A DNA stretch of 64,000 bases, taken from positions 1,240,001 through 1,304,000 of the forward strand of contig JAYWIR010000046.1 in assembly GCA_036172245.1 (NCBI GenBank), read 5' to 3'. Shown here piece after piece: positions 51,039 through 63,067 of the stretch; position 1 is the first letter of the stretch; each line of letters starts with the position of its first letter. The notes beneath the pieces are model-generated. The model had not been told where the DNA came from and ran no database searches. It saw nothing but the letters and a program-made list of their open reading frames with translations. Source of the stretch: Raillietiella orientalis. Its lineage: Eukaryota. A program made the translations under genes and the position numbers.

Positions 51039-52739
51039 CTACTGGATGCAAACACCAATGCCCGTTTGCGCAATTAGCAGGCATATCTTGTTTCATGTCT
51101 GGTTAATAATCGTGTGTTCTACAAGGAGGAGACTCAATTTACATGAAGTAGTGACGAACATTGTTCTAAATTCGGAATTAGAAGAGAGAACGGTTGCTGT
51201 AATTCAAAACGGTATGTAACAAAAATAGGAGTGAAATTGCTAGCGAATCGAATTTCGTTTCTTCAGACTCACTTTCGAACTCGAAAAACAAAGATGATGC
51301 CGGAAAAGACCAACAAGAATGTCAAGTGTCGAGAATGCAGCACTTACACTTTAGTTTACTAAAGGACTTACCATCCATTGCTAATCTTGATACACTGCAG
51401 CGTAGTTTCGTTCAAGCAATAAATAAATGCTTTGCAGCATTCAGGACTCATGAACCCAGAAAATTCTTGTCTCATTGAAAAATAATGGCTTTTCAAATGA
51501 TAATTCATCCTTCTTTTCATTCTTTATGTGAGGCAGAACCATTATGAAGACTCATAACCATAGCAAACCATTGCAGATTCGCTTACAGTGCTTGCTCCGA
51601 TAGCATTCCACATATCAAAACTTCAGCAAACCTTTCTCTTGGTTTAATAATCATATTTGCACATTCATATTGATAAACACTCTTTGAGACATTGCATCAC
51701 ATTAAATTACATCAATAAACAAGTCAGTTTCTCTGGTTTCCTTCAAACAAGGAAGAAAAATGATTATTTTGTATATAATAATTGAGTGCTCTAGGAGCGT
51801 GCTTCATTGGAATCGACTTGAGTTGGCATTCAAAAGTGATCGGACCTGGGTTTCTCTTGAAATAAAATTTCCAGATGTGGGAATTGGAGTTGACTAAATC
51901 AGTCATCTTCAATTTGCTTCACGAAAGAAAAAAAGATGGATAAAAACACTGAGTAATGCTTTGATTTAATTATCTTGGTCTTGCACTCAGACGCTAAATT
52001 TTTCTCCTTCGATTAATCTCCATTAGGAAACAAAAATGAGTAATGTGACTGAGGAAAGTTTCACCAAGCCAGAGAACAATTCATGTAAGCAAGAAACTGT
52101 AAATGAAACCGTTGCTATTGACCAATGATCGATACTATCAGAAGGGAACATTTAGATGGTGAAAATTAAATTTCTTAGTGTGCATATGGTTTTATCTCTC
52201 CAGCTGCTTTATGTTTTTTCGGATCTCACATCCATAATTTGAGCTCTGGGGACTTCCAGCCAAATGTTTGACAAACGGCTACGCCTCACAGCATCTGAAA
52301 GCCTAGAATCTTATTTGATATTGGAATGCAAACACTATAAGCCGCCTTATGCTAACAACGAATCTGTCATTTGTACAAACAGAACACTACAACATGAAAA
52401 CGAATTCTCCTGAGTACAAAGAGTTGATTTCTATGAACAGCAGCCTCCTTGATGCAAATTGCGCTGGTACTGCAAATAGTTCTAGATTGCTAATTTGTTT
52501 CCAGAAAAGCACATAATTCACGAGAGAATAGCAATTGCCACAGTGTTTTTTTTTTAAAAGAAAAAAAAAGAAAGAAAGAAATGTACAGGTTCAAGTGCCC
52601 AGTTTGTTTCATGTTTCCTTTTGCATTAAAATTTGTCACTTCGTTCATATTCGGAAACAACCTGAAACTTTGATTCTTTTCAGCACGGTGAAACCGTCAC
52701 TTCTAGGTACCAAATTAAACCGGATGTAATAGAAAAATA

Positions 52740-53620
52740 ACTCTTTCTGTTCCTCACCCGGTGCGCCGGGGCGTTTATTTCTAAATTATCCAGAAACAGA
52801 GTTCCCGAACAAAGGACACAGAAGAAACGAAGGGGAGGATCCCAATACGCAGGTCGGTAAACCGAAAGTCCGGAACGGGAGGGAGGGAACCACAAATACA
52901 GATATTAAAAATGCAAATAAAGATATGGGGAGGGGAGGGGACAGGGGTCTTTGGTTTGGCCGTTCCTCTCCTTCAGAACCGGCTATGGATGCCGGTGATC
53001 TCGCTCCTAACGTCCTCTGGAAGATGGGTCCACTCGGCAGCTGACGCTATGTTCACACCGGCTATTCCGGTGGCCTGACAGCGAATCGCCAATTTCTCCA
53101 GCTCTCGGTGGGCCCTGTCGATGGTGCGGGTGCAACAGACCGTTGCGATGACAGCACCTAAGGACAGGCCGCCTGGCATGAAGAAGCGGCGCATCAAGTC
53201 TCTTGCGGTGTCCCCCTGGTGCAGGAGAGCTGAGGCCAGTCTCTGCCACAGTCCTTGGAGGACACCGCAGTCCAAGAGCAGGTGCGGGAGCGTTTCCACG
53301 TCTCCGCACCGTTTACAGTTAGGGGAGACAACTCCCCCGGAAACATGGTTCGTCCGCTAGTTGGAGTGAAAACCCCAATGCATCAGCATGATGACGTCCT
53401 GTTTCCAGCTCAAAGGAAACACAGAAGTGTTCGAGCAGGAGGAAAGGACCACAAGTTCTTCGGGGGGCACACTCGAATATTCGCTCCACCGAAGGAGTCC
53501 CTTCACAATGTTGAGAGGCGTGGCGGCGTCTGCCAGCTTGCAAGTCCTCCAGCCGCCTATGGGTCGGGCTGCTCCTGCGATGGTGCAGGCGACCTCCCAC
53601 CCCGCCGGTAGGCAGCTGTC
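52740..53620 (-). mobile_element. 5'-truncated non-LTR retrotransposon: ORF2 C-terminus with CCHC zinc-binding motif plus 3' UTR
   Basis: Sharp GC-rich island. The minus frame reads SPNCKRCGDVETLPHLLLDCGVLQGLW, the zf-RVT-type motif of L1/Tx1-like elements. There is one in-frame TAG at 53357-53359 and a stop at 52973. AATAAA lies on the minus strand at 52774-52779, followed by a CCCGG-CGCA-CCGGG stem-loop. Confidence 0.8.
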
Positions 53621-55168
53621 ATCACTCTTGCTGTATTGATAGAAGTGGACGCATGAAATGTAGATGCAAACCACAGGCCTATGAAATGAAATCCAGGATC
53701 TCAAATCTTCCAAAATGGTGATTCACAGTCTTCGAGAATGATTTGAGAAAGATGGAACTATTTACTGAGCAGCACCTTTTGCATTCATAGTATCTCATCT
53801 TTGTACTACAGACGAAATTTCAATTCTAATCAAGATTAATATAGTCAGTTGTGTCGTGTGCGAAATATGACGAGCATTTCAAACACAACAGATTTTCAGT
53901 TCATTTTTAGGAATTCATAGAGAATATATTAGATAGGAAACTTCTAATTTGCTCATTTATATGAAATTAAACAAATTACATGTTCTGTGACTCTTAAGCT
54001 AACATCATAGGTTATTCGTGGGACAGAGTAATACAGAATTTGAACAACACTCCAAGGTAAGTAAAATGGAAATTTTAACTCGTCTCTTTCAAGTTCTGTG
54101 AAAAAGTAATTCTTTTTTTTTACGTTTGTTTTCTTGAAAGATAAGGATCAGTGTGATGGAAAGGATGGATTAATTCAGAAAGCTACACACCACTGCATTT
54201 CTGCAGCCGATGCATGTTATGCATTTGGTGATTTTTTCTAGAAAAAGATGAATTTTGCTTGGAAAGAATGGTCGGGTTTCTGAGACTATAAATGAGACTA
54301 GGCAATCGTACCTTACGAAAGTACGTACAAAAATGAACCACATTGTGATTTGAAACTGCCTCTTGTACGTTAAGTGAGAGAAAACCACGAGTGAACGTTT
54401 AGGATGTATTGAAGAAAGCTATGGATAATGCCATCCTTTAAATTTAAGCAGAGCTCAAAGGAAAAGGTTACTCTGCTCAAAATTCCTGCTAAAGGGCTGC
54501 AAAACACTTTTAACATCAGTTCATTTAATTTGTTTTTTCAAAAAAAAAAACACTCGGTATTAGGAATTTAAGAAATTGTTCTGAATTTTCAGGGACGATG
54601 TTTTAAAAAAACAAAGCACCCGCACTTGTATGCATTAGCACTTGTAGGTACTTTTCCCAAATCTCTTTTTTACTCGCAGATGAAGGCTTCGTAAAAGCAA
54701 ACATTTGTTAGAGGAAAGGCAGAGATCAAAGTTTAGTTGAAAAAAAGCCAGCTTGTTGAATAAAAATTAGTTTTCTTGAAGGCATCTTGAGTTTTGAATG
54801 GATAGAAGCATGCAAATAAAGACTGTTGAAGATATGAATCCAGAGGTCTCATTTGGGTATAACAAACTATTTATGAGCTGGTATGGAAGAGCTCTCATCG
54901 TACATCTCAGTATGTGGAATTGTTTTAAGGTTCAGATTGGGAAGATTGAGAATTTGGACTTTCAATCTAACTTCCAAAAAATTAGGTAAGCAGAAGAATA
55001 TCACTCCTCATGCAGTCTGCATGCCAACGATTTCATAAAACCGGTAAGGTCAACAAGTTCAAATGCTCCAAGCAAGTCCCCGGTGAAAAAGTATCATGCT
55101 AGACAGAACTTACATTTGGTGTGGTGAATCTTAAGAACTGCAAAAAACCAGGTTGCATCTTGATGTTT

Positions 55169-55442
55169 TAATGAATGAATCCCTCAACTAACTTTTTCAT
55201 GTACACGTGTTCCTGTATAGTCTGCAATAGGATAATATGCTAAATGTATACACAAACTTATTTCTCATAGAATATTAATCTTGTAGCAATAATACAAATT
55301 CTGAATACATATTGCTACAGGATAAATATTCTATAAGAAATAAGTTTATGGATACTCTTAGCATATTATCCTATTGCGGACTATACAGGAACAATCATGC
55401 ACACGTGTACATGAAAAGGTTAGTTGAGGGATTCATTCATTA
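55169..55442. repeat. Long imperfect inverted repeat (about 120-bp arms, 18-nt loop)
   Basis: Left arm 55169-55291 pairs with right arm 55310-55442, with a few mismatches and a 10-nt extra segment near 55391-55400. The loop at 55292-55309 is ATACAAATTCTGAATACA. Confidence 0.95.
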
Positions 55443-55453
55443 CATTCATTCAT

Positions 55454-55527
55454 TATAACATAGTCAAATCGCTTAACCATTTGTATTCAGAATTTGTATA
55501 ATGGTTAAGCGGTTTGACTATATTATA
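55454..55527. repeat. Inverted repeat (28-bp arms, 18-nt loop)
   Basis: 55454-55481 pairs with 55500-55527 with 2 mismatches. The loop at 55482-55499 is TGTATTCAGAATTTGTAT. Confidence 0.95.
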
Positions 55528-58500
55528 GTATGAAATGCGGTTTTATCGTTTAATATGGATTTTGAATTTTATAAGTACATGATACTGTAATCCTATAAGT
55601 TCTATGAATATACTTTTGATAAATTACTAAACATTCGGTTATGATAAATATCTAAAATACTCATATTTATTTAGCGTGTATAAAGTATAAATATTAATGA
55701 CAAATGTGCATAGGAATTTTATAATTTATACTGAATTCATAACAGTTATATTGCATAACGACTTGTGCGTGTTATGTAAAGTCTTTCAAGTGATGTTACA
55801 TGTCCATTTAAGAATAATTTTCCTTCATGAAATATTTACATTTCATTTATACTCGATATCCTTATGTATAATTCGATATAGAAATTGTATTGATGTAGAA
55901 TCTATATTGGGGGATGGAGGTTTCCATTTTTTGTTCAATGAATGTAGTGTTTAATGACATATATAATTACATAAGTTTATGTACAAGTAGGTATTATGCA
56001 TTAGCCCGAATATAATTTCCGAAAATGAAATGAAAAAAATTGCATTTTATTGATTTTAAAGTCGAGAATAATGATGAGAGTAATTTTCAAGTTTGCATTC
56101 AAATTAAGAGTACTATAATTCAAATAAAGTACTATAGGTGCTAATTTGAAGGCGTTTATATTCTCATATATATGCATTCACATTAAGAGTATCTGAGTAC
56201 TTTATTCTATACATTATTTGTAGAAAAATACTCTTATCTAATTTGCACTCGAAACATTAAAAAGAACTTAGTTATGTTTTCACCTTTCCCCAATGCATTT
56301 TGAATCACATGTTATGTGATTCAATTCATAGAAAACACAAATAAATACATACAATCTTAGTCTTACATGCTCAGTACATACTGAGGATTTAGTATTATTC
56401 GTGATATTCCTCTTTAAAATGACATATTGCAAGGGACATACATTACATTAAACAAATGCGATTCAAGTAAAGATTAAGTTTTTATGTTCATTCAATTCGA
56501 TATTAGAGAAAGTCCATTTTAACTAAGGGTCTAAATCTAAAAACATGACAATTTGTGAATGTCCAAATTTCCTTCTTCTTGAGTGTCGATTTATTATATG
56601 AGAGTACTAAAATCCTTTCTATCTATATTTATCTGAAATGGATACTTACAAAAATAGTCAACTTCTTAACTCATGATGAAGCTTGCTCTTCAAAATCGAG
56701 TGATCCCAATGTGCATGGAAGTTGGCAAAGATTTTCGAGTTCCCTTTTGATGCGCTAAAGTTCTTGAGCGCTTTCGTAACGAGAGAATGGGCAGGCAGTT
56801 CTTTCTTATGTCTCTAGACATACAAGGTAATTGAGGAAAATATTTTCCAAAGATTCAACGGAAACTCACTCACTTTAAATGTACGAATGTGATTGGTCGT
56901 ATTTTAGTCAATTTGATGAGATAACACTCTGACTTGGTGTCTGCGTTTGAGCTCTGGATCCTTCTCAATGGGAATGATAGAAACAGAGATCGCAGCTTGG
57001 GTATTTGATCCAGAGTTAATGATGGGATCCTCGTAACCATGTTTTAAAGTTGTGCTATGGAAAAATTCATGAAATTTAAAAGCGAGATATCAAAGCAGAA
57101 GCAAGATGGAACAGCATATGAGAATGTATTGCAGAAGTGAAATATTGAACTCTTGGAATACCGTTTGTTTAATTCTCAAAAATGGATTCTCTCAACGGAT
57201 GTTGATATCTTTGAAGTTTGTGATCATTTGACCAACAAACTAGCTCTTCCTTTAGGTGTCTTAATTCCCAAGGGAGCAGACATGTTCTCATCTTTTTGAA
57301 ATTTCATGTCTGCTATTTGTTGTGGATGAAAAGGTTTGAGACGAAGAAACGATTTTAACGAAAAGAATAATTCATGAAGGATCATGTGCTGAAATTTATT
57401 GGCAAACTGTTGATTAATACAAAGAAAAATGATTAGCATAAGTAGATTCTAAGCATGGTTTATCTTATACTCCTCTTCCAAGAAACAACTGGAAAACTTT
57501 CATTGCATGGTGGCTCAGTTGAGCTGCATGTCAACGAAACTGTGCTGTGAAACTCAAACGAGTAAGAAAGTTGCTTCTGTGACGAAAGGCATTTACAGAA
57601 GAGATCCATTATAAAAAGAGAATCATTAGATATCACCTGTATCAAGATTGTAGCAAACTTTTCATTACATTGCAACCAAAAGGAGGAGGTTAGGATTAAT
57701 GCCAGTCAATTCTAATGTGCATCAAAACATTGAAAAAAAGAGAAGCAGACTACTGAGGAATAGTAGTAGGAGAGAAATTTATCCGTATAAATTAGAAAAT
57801 ACAGCATTAGATAATAACAAGTACTCACAACCTTCCTCTGCGGTAATTGGTTAAAAACGAGTTCATATGAAGGGAGATCTGGCCAAATTGAGAGCAGGAA
57901 GAATGCAAACATGATTTTGCATTGTACAGTTCCTTGAAGCCAAGTATTAGCTAATGGTGCGGGAAATGGTAATCCTACTTGTATGATTTTCGAAATAGAT
58001 TATGGGAAATACTGCACTCTAAGCATATGCTACAGTCTCTTTCCATTTTCAGCTTCCAGGAAACCGTGTCAATAAGGCATTTGCTTCTATGATGTTTTGA
58101 TAGAAAGAAAAGTCCCATGTTTCTCTTTCTTGAACTTTTGAAGTGCTCTCTTGGACTCAGTTTCGTTTTAAATACTGACTGTACTATACGAGCTGTTCTA
58201 ATATTTTGTTTGTTGTTTTCTCTCACTGATAAGATTTCAAAGTGAGAGCTGCAGGAATACCCAAATCTACTGGAAGTGTTGAAAAACAAGAATCTTAAAC
58301 AGCACTATGCCTCTAGTTGAATGCCCTCCAGATTGTTGAAGTTCAGAAAAATTCCATTAAGCTATTAGCTGAGAAGTGCATACGAACGAGAATGCAGATA
58401 AAAAAAACGTGAAGTTGGTGTTTCTTTTGGCAACGTCAGAGTGTATTTCGAGATCACGGTTGTTTACAATCGATGTCGGTTACTTAAGCAAACATTCTGA

Positions 58501-61136
58501 AGGCTAAGAAGGAAACAACATTTCGCCACCATTTATCAGAACAAAACCAGATGAAAGCAGTACAAAACAACGGGATGCAAACCAGAATGAACTCTTGTTT
58601 GAACGAAAGCGAATTTCTGAAGACTCCGAAGAGTCGAATAGCTTGAGGAAACCAAGTTTATAGAATCCTGATTATTTCAAATAGGAAATTATGGAAAATT
58701 TCTTTTGAGCTACAATTCAAACTGCGATCATTGTGTAAGCGTCTTTTTGCTTGTTCTTCGCATCAACGAAAGAAGCAACTCTGGTTATCGCCAGCGGCTC
58801 TGAATCTACAATACAAATCCTACTATTGTAACCTCAGTTCAAGCAATCCTGAGACAGGTGTTAATGTAATGTATTTGCCCGCCGAATTGTGTTTCTCATC
58901 GGCAATTTTGGTTTTTGAAGCCTTTCAATCAAAACTTCTTAATCTTGCCGTGCACTCTTCTTTTACTTATTCATCTCCCGTCTCATTAACGCCAGTTGTC
59001 ATTTGCATTATAAAATTCAATTTCTTATTTTCCGACTTTTCGCAGTGATTTTCTTTCTTTCTCTTCATATATTAAATGCATTATTAATAAAGCAAATTTT
59101 TTTCTTCAGATAAAAGCATCCTTCGTTTAACTTTGTTGACACCACAAAAGCATAGCGCAACTTTCCCGATAGCCAGCCAGATCCTGTTGTTCTCCCATAG
59201 GAAGAAAAATTGAGGTCTTTTCACCAATTCTAAGATGCTTTAATTATCTGGAAACTGACATGGAACTAAACGAGATTATAGAGTTGAAGCCTCAGAGCAA
59301 ATGAAAGTTGACCGTTTAGCCCCGAAAGGCTCTGTCTAAACGGTAAAGAAATCATCTGGAGAAATTTCAATGATCTTCTAAAATCAGTAAAGGGTTTCAA
59401 AAGGAGGAGCTATATCATTTGTTGTTCTATCTTCCTTCAGAAGAGTGATCTCTAGCTGTAAATGTCCTCTTGACGACGAGTTTCGGCTGGAATTTGCTTC
59501 TGAAGACCAGGAAAGTATCTTCCTTCTAAGACAAACTTACCGTATACGTCCTCTGACATATGCCCATAATGAACAAATGAATCTCACCTGTTAACAACAT
59601 GTCACCTTCGCTTTCTACTTCAATATACATTGGTGAGTCCTCTTTCTTTCTTTGCTTAGAAGAAACCCGTCACACTGACCACACAACACATCACACTTGC
59701 CAGATTCAATTTTAGCTCGGCGAGACGATAACTCTAGCTGCATCTGAACATTGTAAGCATCATATCTGGAAAAGATGCCCTCGTGGCCATACAAAACTCC
59801 TGAAATAGCCCCTGATCTTCCAAATCCTTTCCGTGCTCTTTGTTTTCCGGAAGCTCTTTGATGCTGCTAACTGCAACATGGAAGATTTCCAGCTCGATCG
59901 TGTCTTCATTTTTCTGCTCGTTGTTGTTCCAAGTTATAATCTTGGGTCTTTTCCTTTATCGATCTTTAGGCTACTGGGTGTGTGACTTGCAACAGTCTTT
60001 TCAACTGAAGAAGAAAGGGAATTGAGTTCGGCTGGGTCGTGGCTTCTCACTGATTCCAAAGTTGCTAGTCATTAATGAATTAATCCTTCCTTTCCATCAC
60101 ACTGATCCTTATCTTCCAATAAAAGAAACGTAAAAAATGGACAAATTCCTTCCAATAGATAAAGGATTTTTCTTCTCTTTTCGCAATTTTTCTGGATTAT
60201 CTTCCATCCTGCTTGGTCTTGATCCTGGCAAATGATTGCAAACGTCAAGAGAAATCAGGATGTAGCGTCGTACCATATCTGATACCTCCATATCTGATTT
60301 CACTTTTAAGTGAAATATCTGTCGAAGAAAACAAGGGAGTATCCTTCTTTGCTTTTGTCATTTCAAAAAGGAACTGAGAAGAGTCTTTAATTCACTCTTT
60401 AATTCATGAGTGAATTCCTGAACGTCTTCGTTTGCCTCTCCATGCCATTTTCAGAACCGTCCTGTTTTTCTTGGAAGCTGTTTCAAAATTTATTTCACCT
60501 TATTTAGATCAAAAGAATTCCATTAGCCTGATTTTTGTGGGAAATTTCTTGAAATTTCCCGAGTTACTTTCTCCAAATCATCTTTCCAAGAAGTTCGATT
60601 TTCGGTTCCTTCAGGAATTTTTTATGCGCCACGATTCCCGTTCATTTATTCAGCAATTTTGGCTGAGGCTATTCGAATCATTTTATTTTGACATGCACTT
60701 TGTTTCTCGACGTCAGTATTTATGCAATGAGACTTCATTCAAAGCATCCCTAAACTAGAGAAATTGATTTCAAATCACGGAGTTTCTACCATTATCCATA
60801 TGCCAAGAATCAAGTTGTTCTTCCTGGTCGCAAGGCGGCTGTTTCAAAATAAATCCGAGAGAGCGTGCCTGAGATAGACGAGGAGAAGAATTTGTACTCC
60901 ATCACAGTACTTAAAAGCTTAAAATTATGGGAAAAATCGTGGAGGATCACTTCTGCGACTGAATAGTCCAGAAAATATCCTGTACACAGAACACATCACA
61001 GAGTTACAAAAAGTCGCTTAGAAGTAAGATTTCCAGAAATAAAAGAATAATATTTGAAAACCAAATGCAACTGTGCGTGATAAGGACCGGATGGACCAGC
61101 TGTAGATACACCAATGGGGGAAGTATCAGAAAAACT

Positions 61137-61171
61137 TTAGGTTAGGTTAGGTTATTAGAATAGGTTAGGTT
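61137..61171 (+). repeat. Short interstitial TTAGG repeat tract
   Basis: ttaggttaggttaggtta ttagaa taggttaggtt. TTAGG is the canonical arthropod telomeric repeat. Confidence 0.75.
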
Positions 61172-63028
61172 ATTTTTGAGAGTCTGTAAGGAGCACAGTT
61201 CCCTCTTTAGGAGAAATTGTTTTCTTGTGTTTTTCTTCAGGAAACACAGAGACTTCACAAGTCATTCATGGCAGTTCCTGTTGTTGTTAGGAGTTCCTGT
61301 TGTTTACGGATGATGCACGACTGGGTTTGTTAAAGTCCTGCATAATATTAGAAGTTAGTGACTCCAGTCAGATTCTTGTCTATTTTCATGTCCTCAGCTA
61401 CTAGCACCAGTAACAAGGAAAACAAAATATAATGAGGTGACTGATAGTAACATGATAGTGACTCATTTCTAGATCCTCAAAATCAAAACAGCTAGCGATG
61501 GGAATTTGTCTGTCTGTAGGACAAGATTGCAACTGAATGACAACCATGATATAAAGAATTGGGTTAAATGCAGAAATCTCAAAATTTCTTGGATACTTGC
61601 AGCGGACGTCTTTCCTGTTAACAAAAATGAGTAAAGAAAAGACTTAGAAATGAAAATATTTCTCAGAATGCTATTCAAGAAGGGGTTGCTTTAGCAGCAC
61701 TTGATATTTGTAAAGAACACCGTTTTCGAGAGTGTTCGAAAGCAAATTCATATGAAGTGGATGATATTGTCAGCAGCACGTTGACATAAATGAAAAAAAT
61801 AAACCACACATTTTACAGTTATACTATAAATTAAGATCTCATGGATCAATTGTGAGCCTGAAGATTTAAACTACTTTAGCAGCTAAGGTAAATTCAGATT
61901 GCTTGTCCATATGGAGGATACTGAGAAGTCAGACAGGAGTATAGCAAGCATCCGTCACCAAGAAATGAATGAATGAAATTATATCCAAACATCTTTTTGT
62001 TTTTTCTTTGCGAAATCTTTGCATATTTCACTAAAATGCATTTTGGCTTTCAAATATACAAATGTGAATGCATTAAAACTATTAGCATGATGAAGAACAT
62101 ATATGTGAATATATAATTTCAGAAGGATATTCATGTTACACCTATGATGCTTGCTCATCAAATTCGGAAACTTACTCCGCTTTAATGGTGTCTCTGGAGT
62201 AGGATGATAGTTTTAGCTCATCCTGCTTTAAGCAAGCTAAAGCCACAGCCTTAACAGCTCCATAAGATGAGACATCTCATAACAGAATGCAGATATTAAG
62301 TTGTTAAGAAGAGATCGCAAGATCTGTTTCGGTTTGCGGAATATTTTATCCACCAATAGTGTTCAAAAACCTTTGTGAACAAATCCTCCAATATTAAAAT
62401 ATTCCCATTTAAAAGGCTTTTTTCTATCCCAGTTTTGTCATTAAAATCTTATTCATATGCTTTTGAAATTTTATTGGTGCATTAATGTTTGCACACTACA
62501 AGAAAACTTCACGTTTTTTTGATTAAAACTTCATGAAACAACTACAAAAGCAACTCAACTTCGGCCAATTATTTCATGTTTTATTGTCATCCACTATGCA
62601 TTTTGGTTTCCTTATGAACAGTATGAAAATTCTCTCTTTCTTTCGGAAAGTTTTGAATGAAATATTCCACTGTAGCTACATAATCTGTAGTTGCGGATTT
62701 CGTTGTCTATGAGTACTTCTTTCTCAATTTCATTTCCGAACTCAGCACTATGCTTTAAAAAAAATCACCTCATTCTTTGGAAATCTGCAGAAGTTAGCTT
62801 AAATATGTATGATCTGAGCGATCATTTCTCAGTTTAATGCGTTCAACGCTTGCTTTATTTAAAGGGCATAGAATGCATTATTCAAAGCTGACAGTAGTTG
62901 ATTTGTACTTGATAATTGAATCTGTAGCTATCTTTGCATCTTGATTTCGAAGCTAAACATGCACTGAGTTTTTATGCATTTTAATATTTATCTATAGTGA
63001 CATCTAAACGACACGGTAATTGTTCCAG

Positions 63029-63067
63029 TTTAGAAAGAAACGCCCCAGCGCACTTGGGTGAGAAGCA
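63029..63067 (+). mobile_element. About 40-bp relic of the same LINE 3' end seen at 52748-52785
   Basis: tttagaaagaaacgccccagcgcacttgggtgagaagca aligns with the reverse complement of the LINE tail, tttagaaataaacgccccggcgcaccgggtgaggaaca. Confidence 0.65.

Noticed and set aside
53121..53639. Overlapping plus-strand ORFs in the GC-rich island
   Set aside because: They are antisense to the LINE ORF2 fragment, and high GC suppresses stop codons.
58617..58642. CTGAAGA plus a GACTC-CGAA-GAGTC hairpin, hammerhead-like
   Set aside because: The stem overlaps the core and the conserved GAAA is absent.
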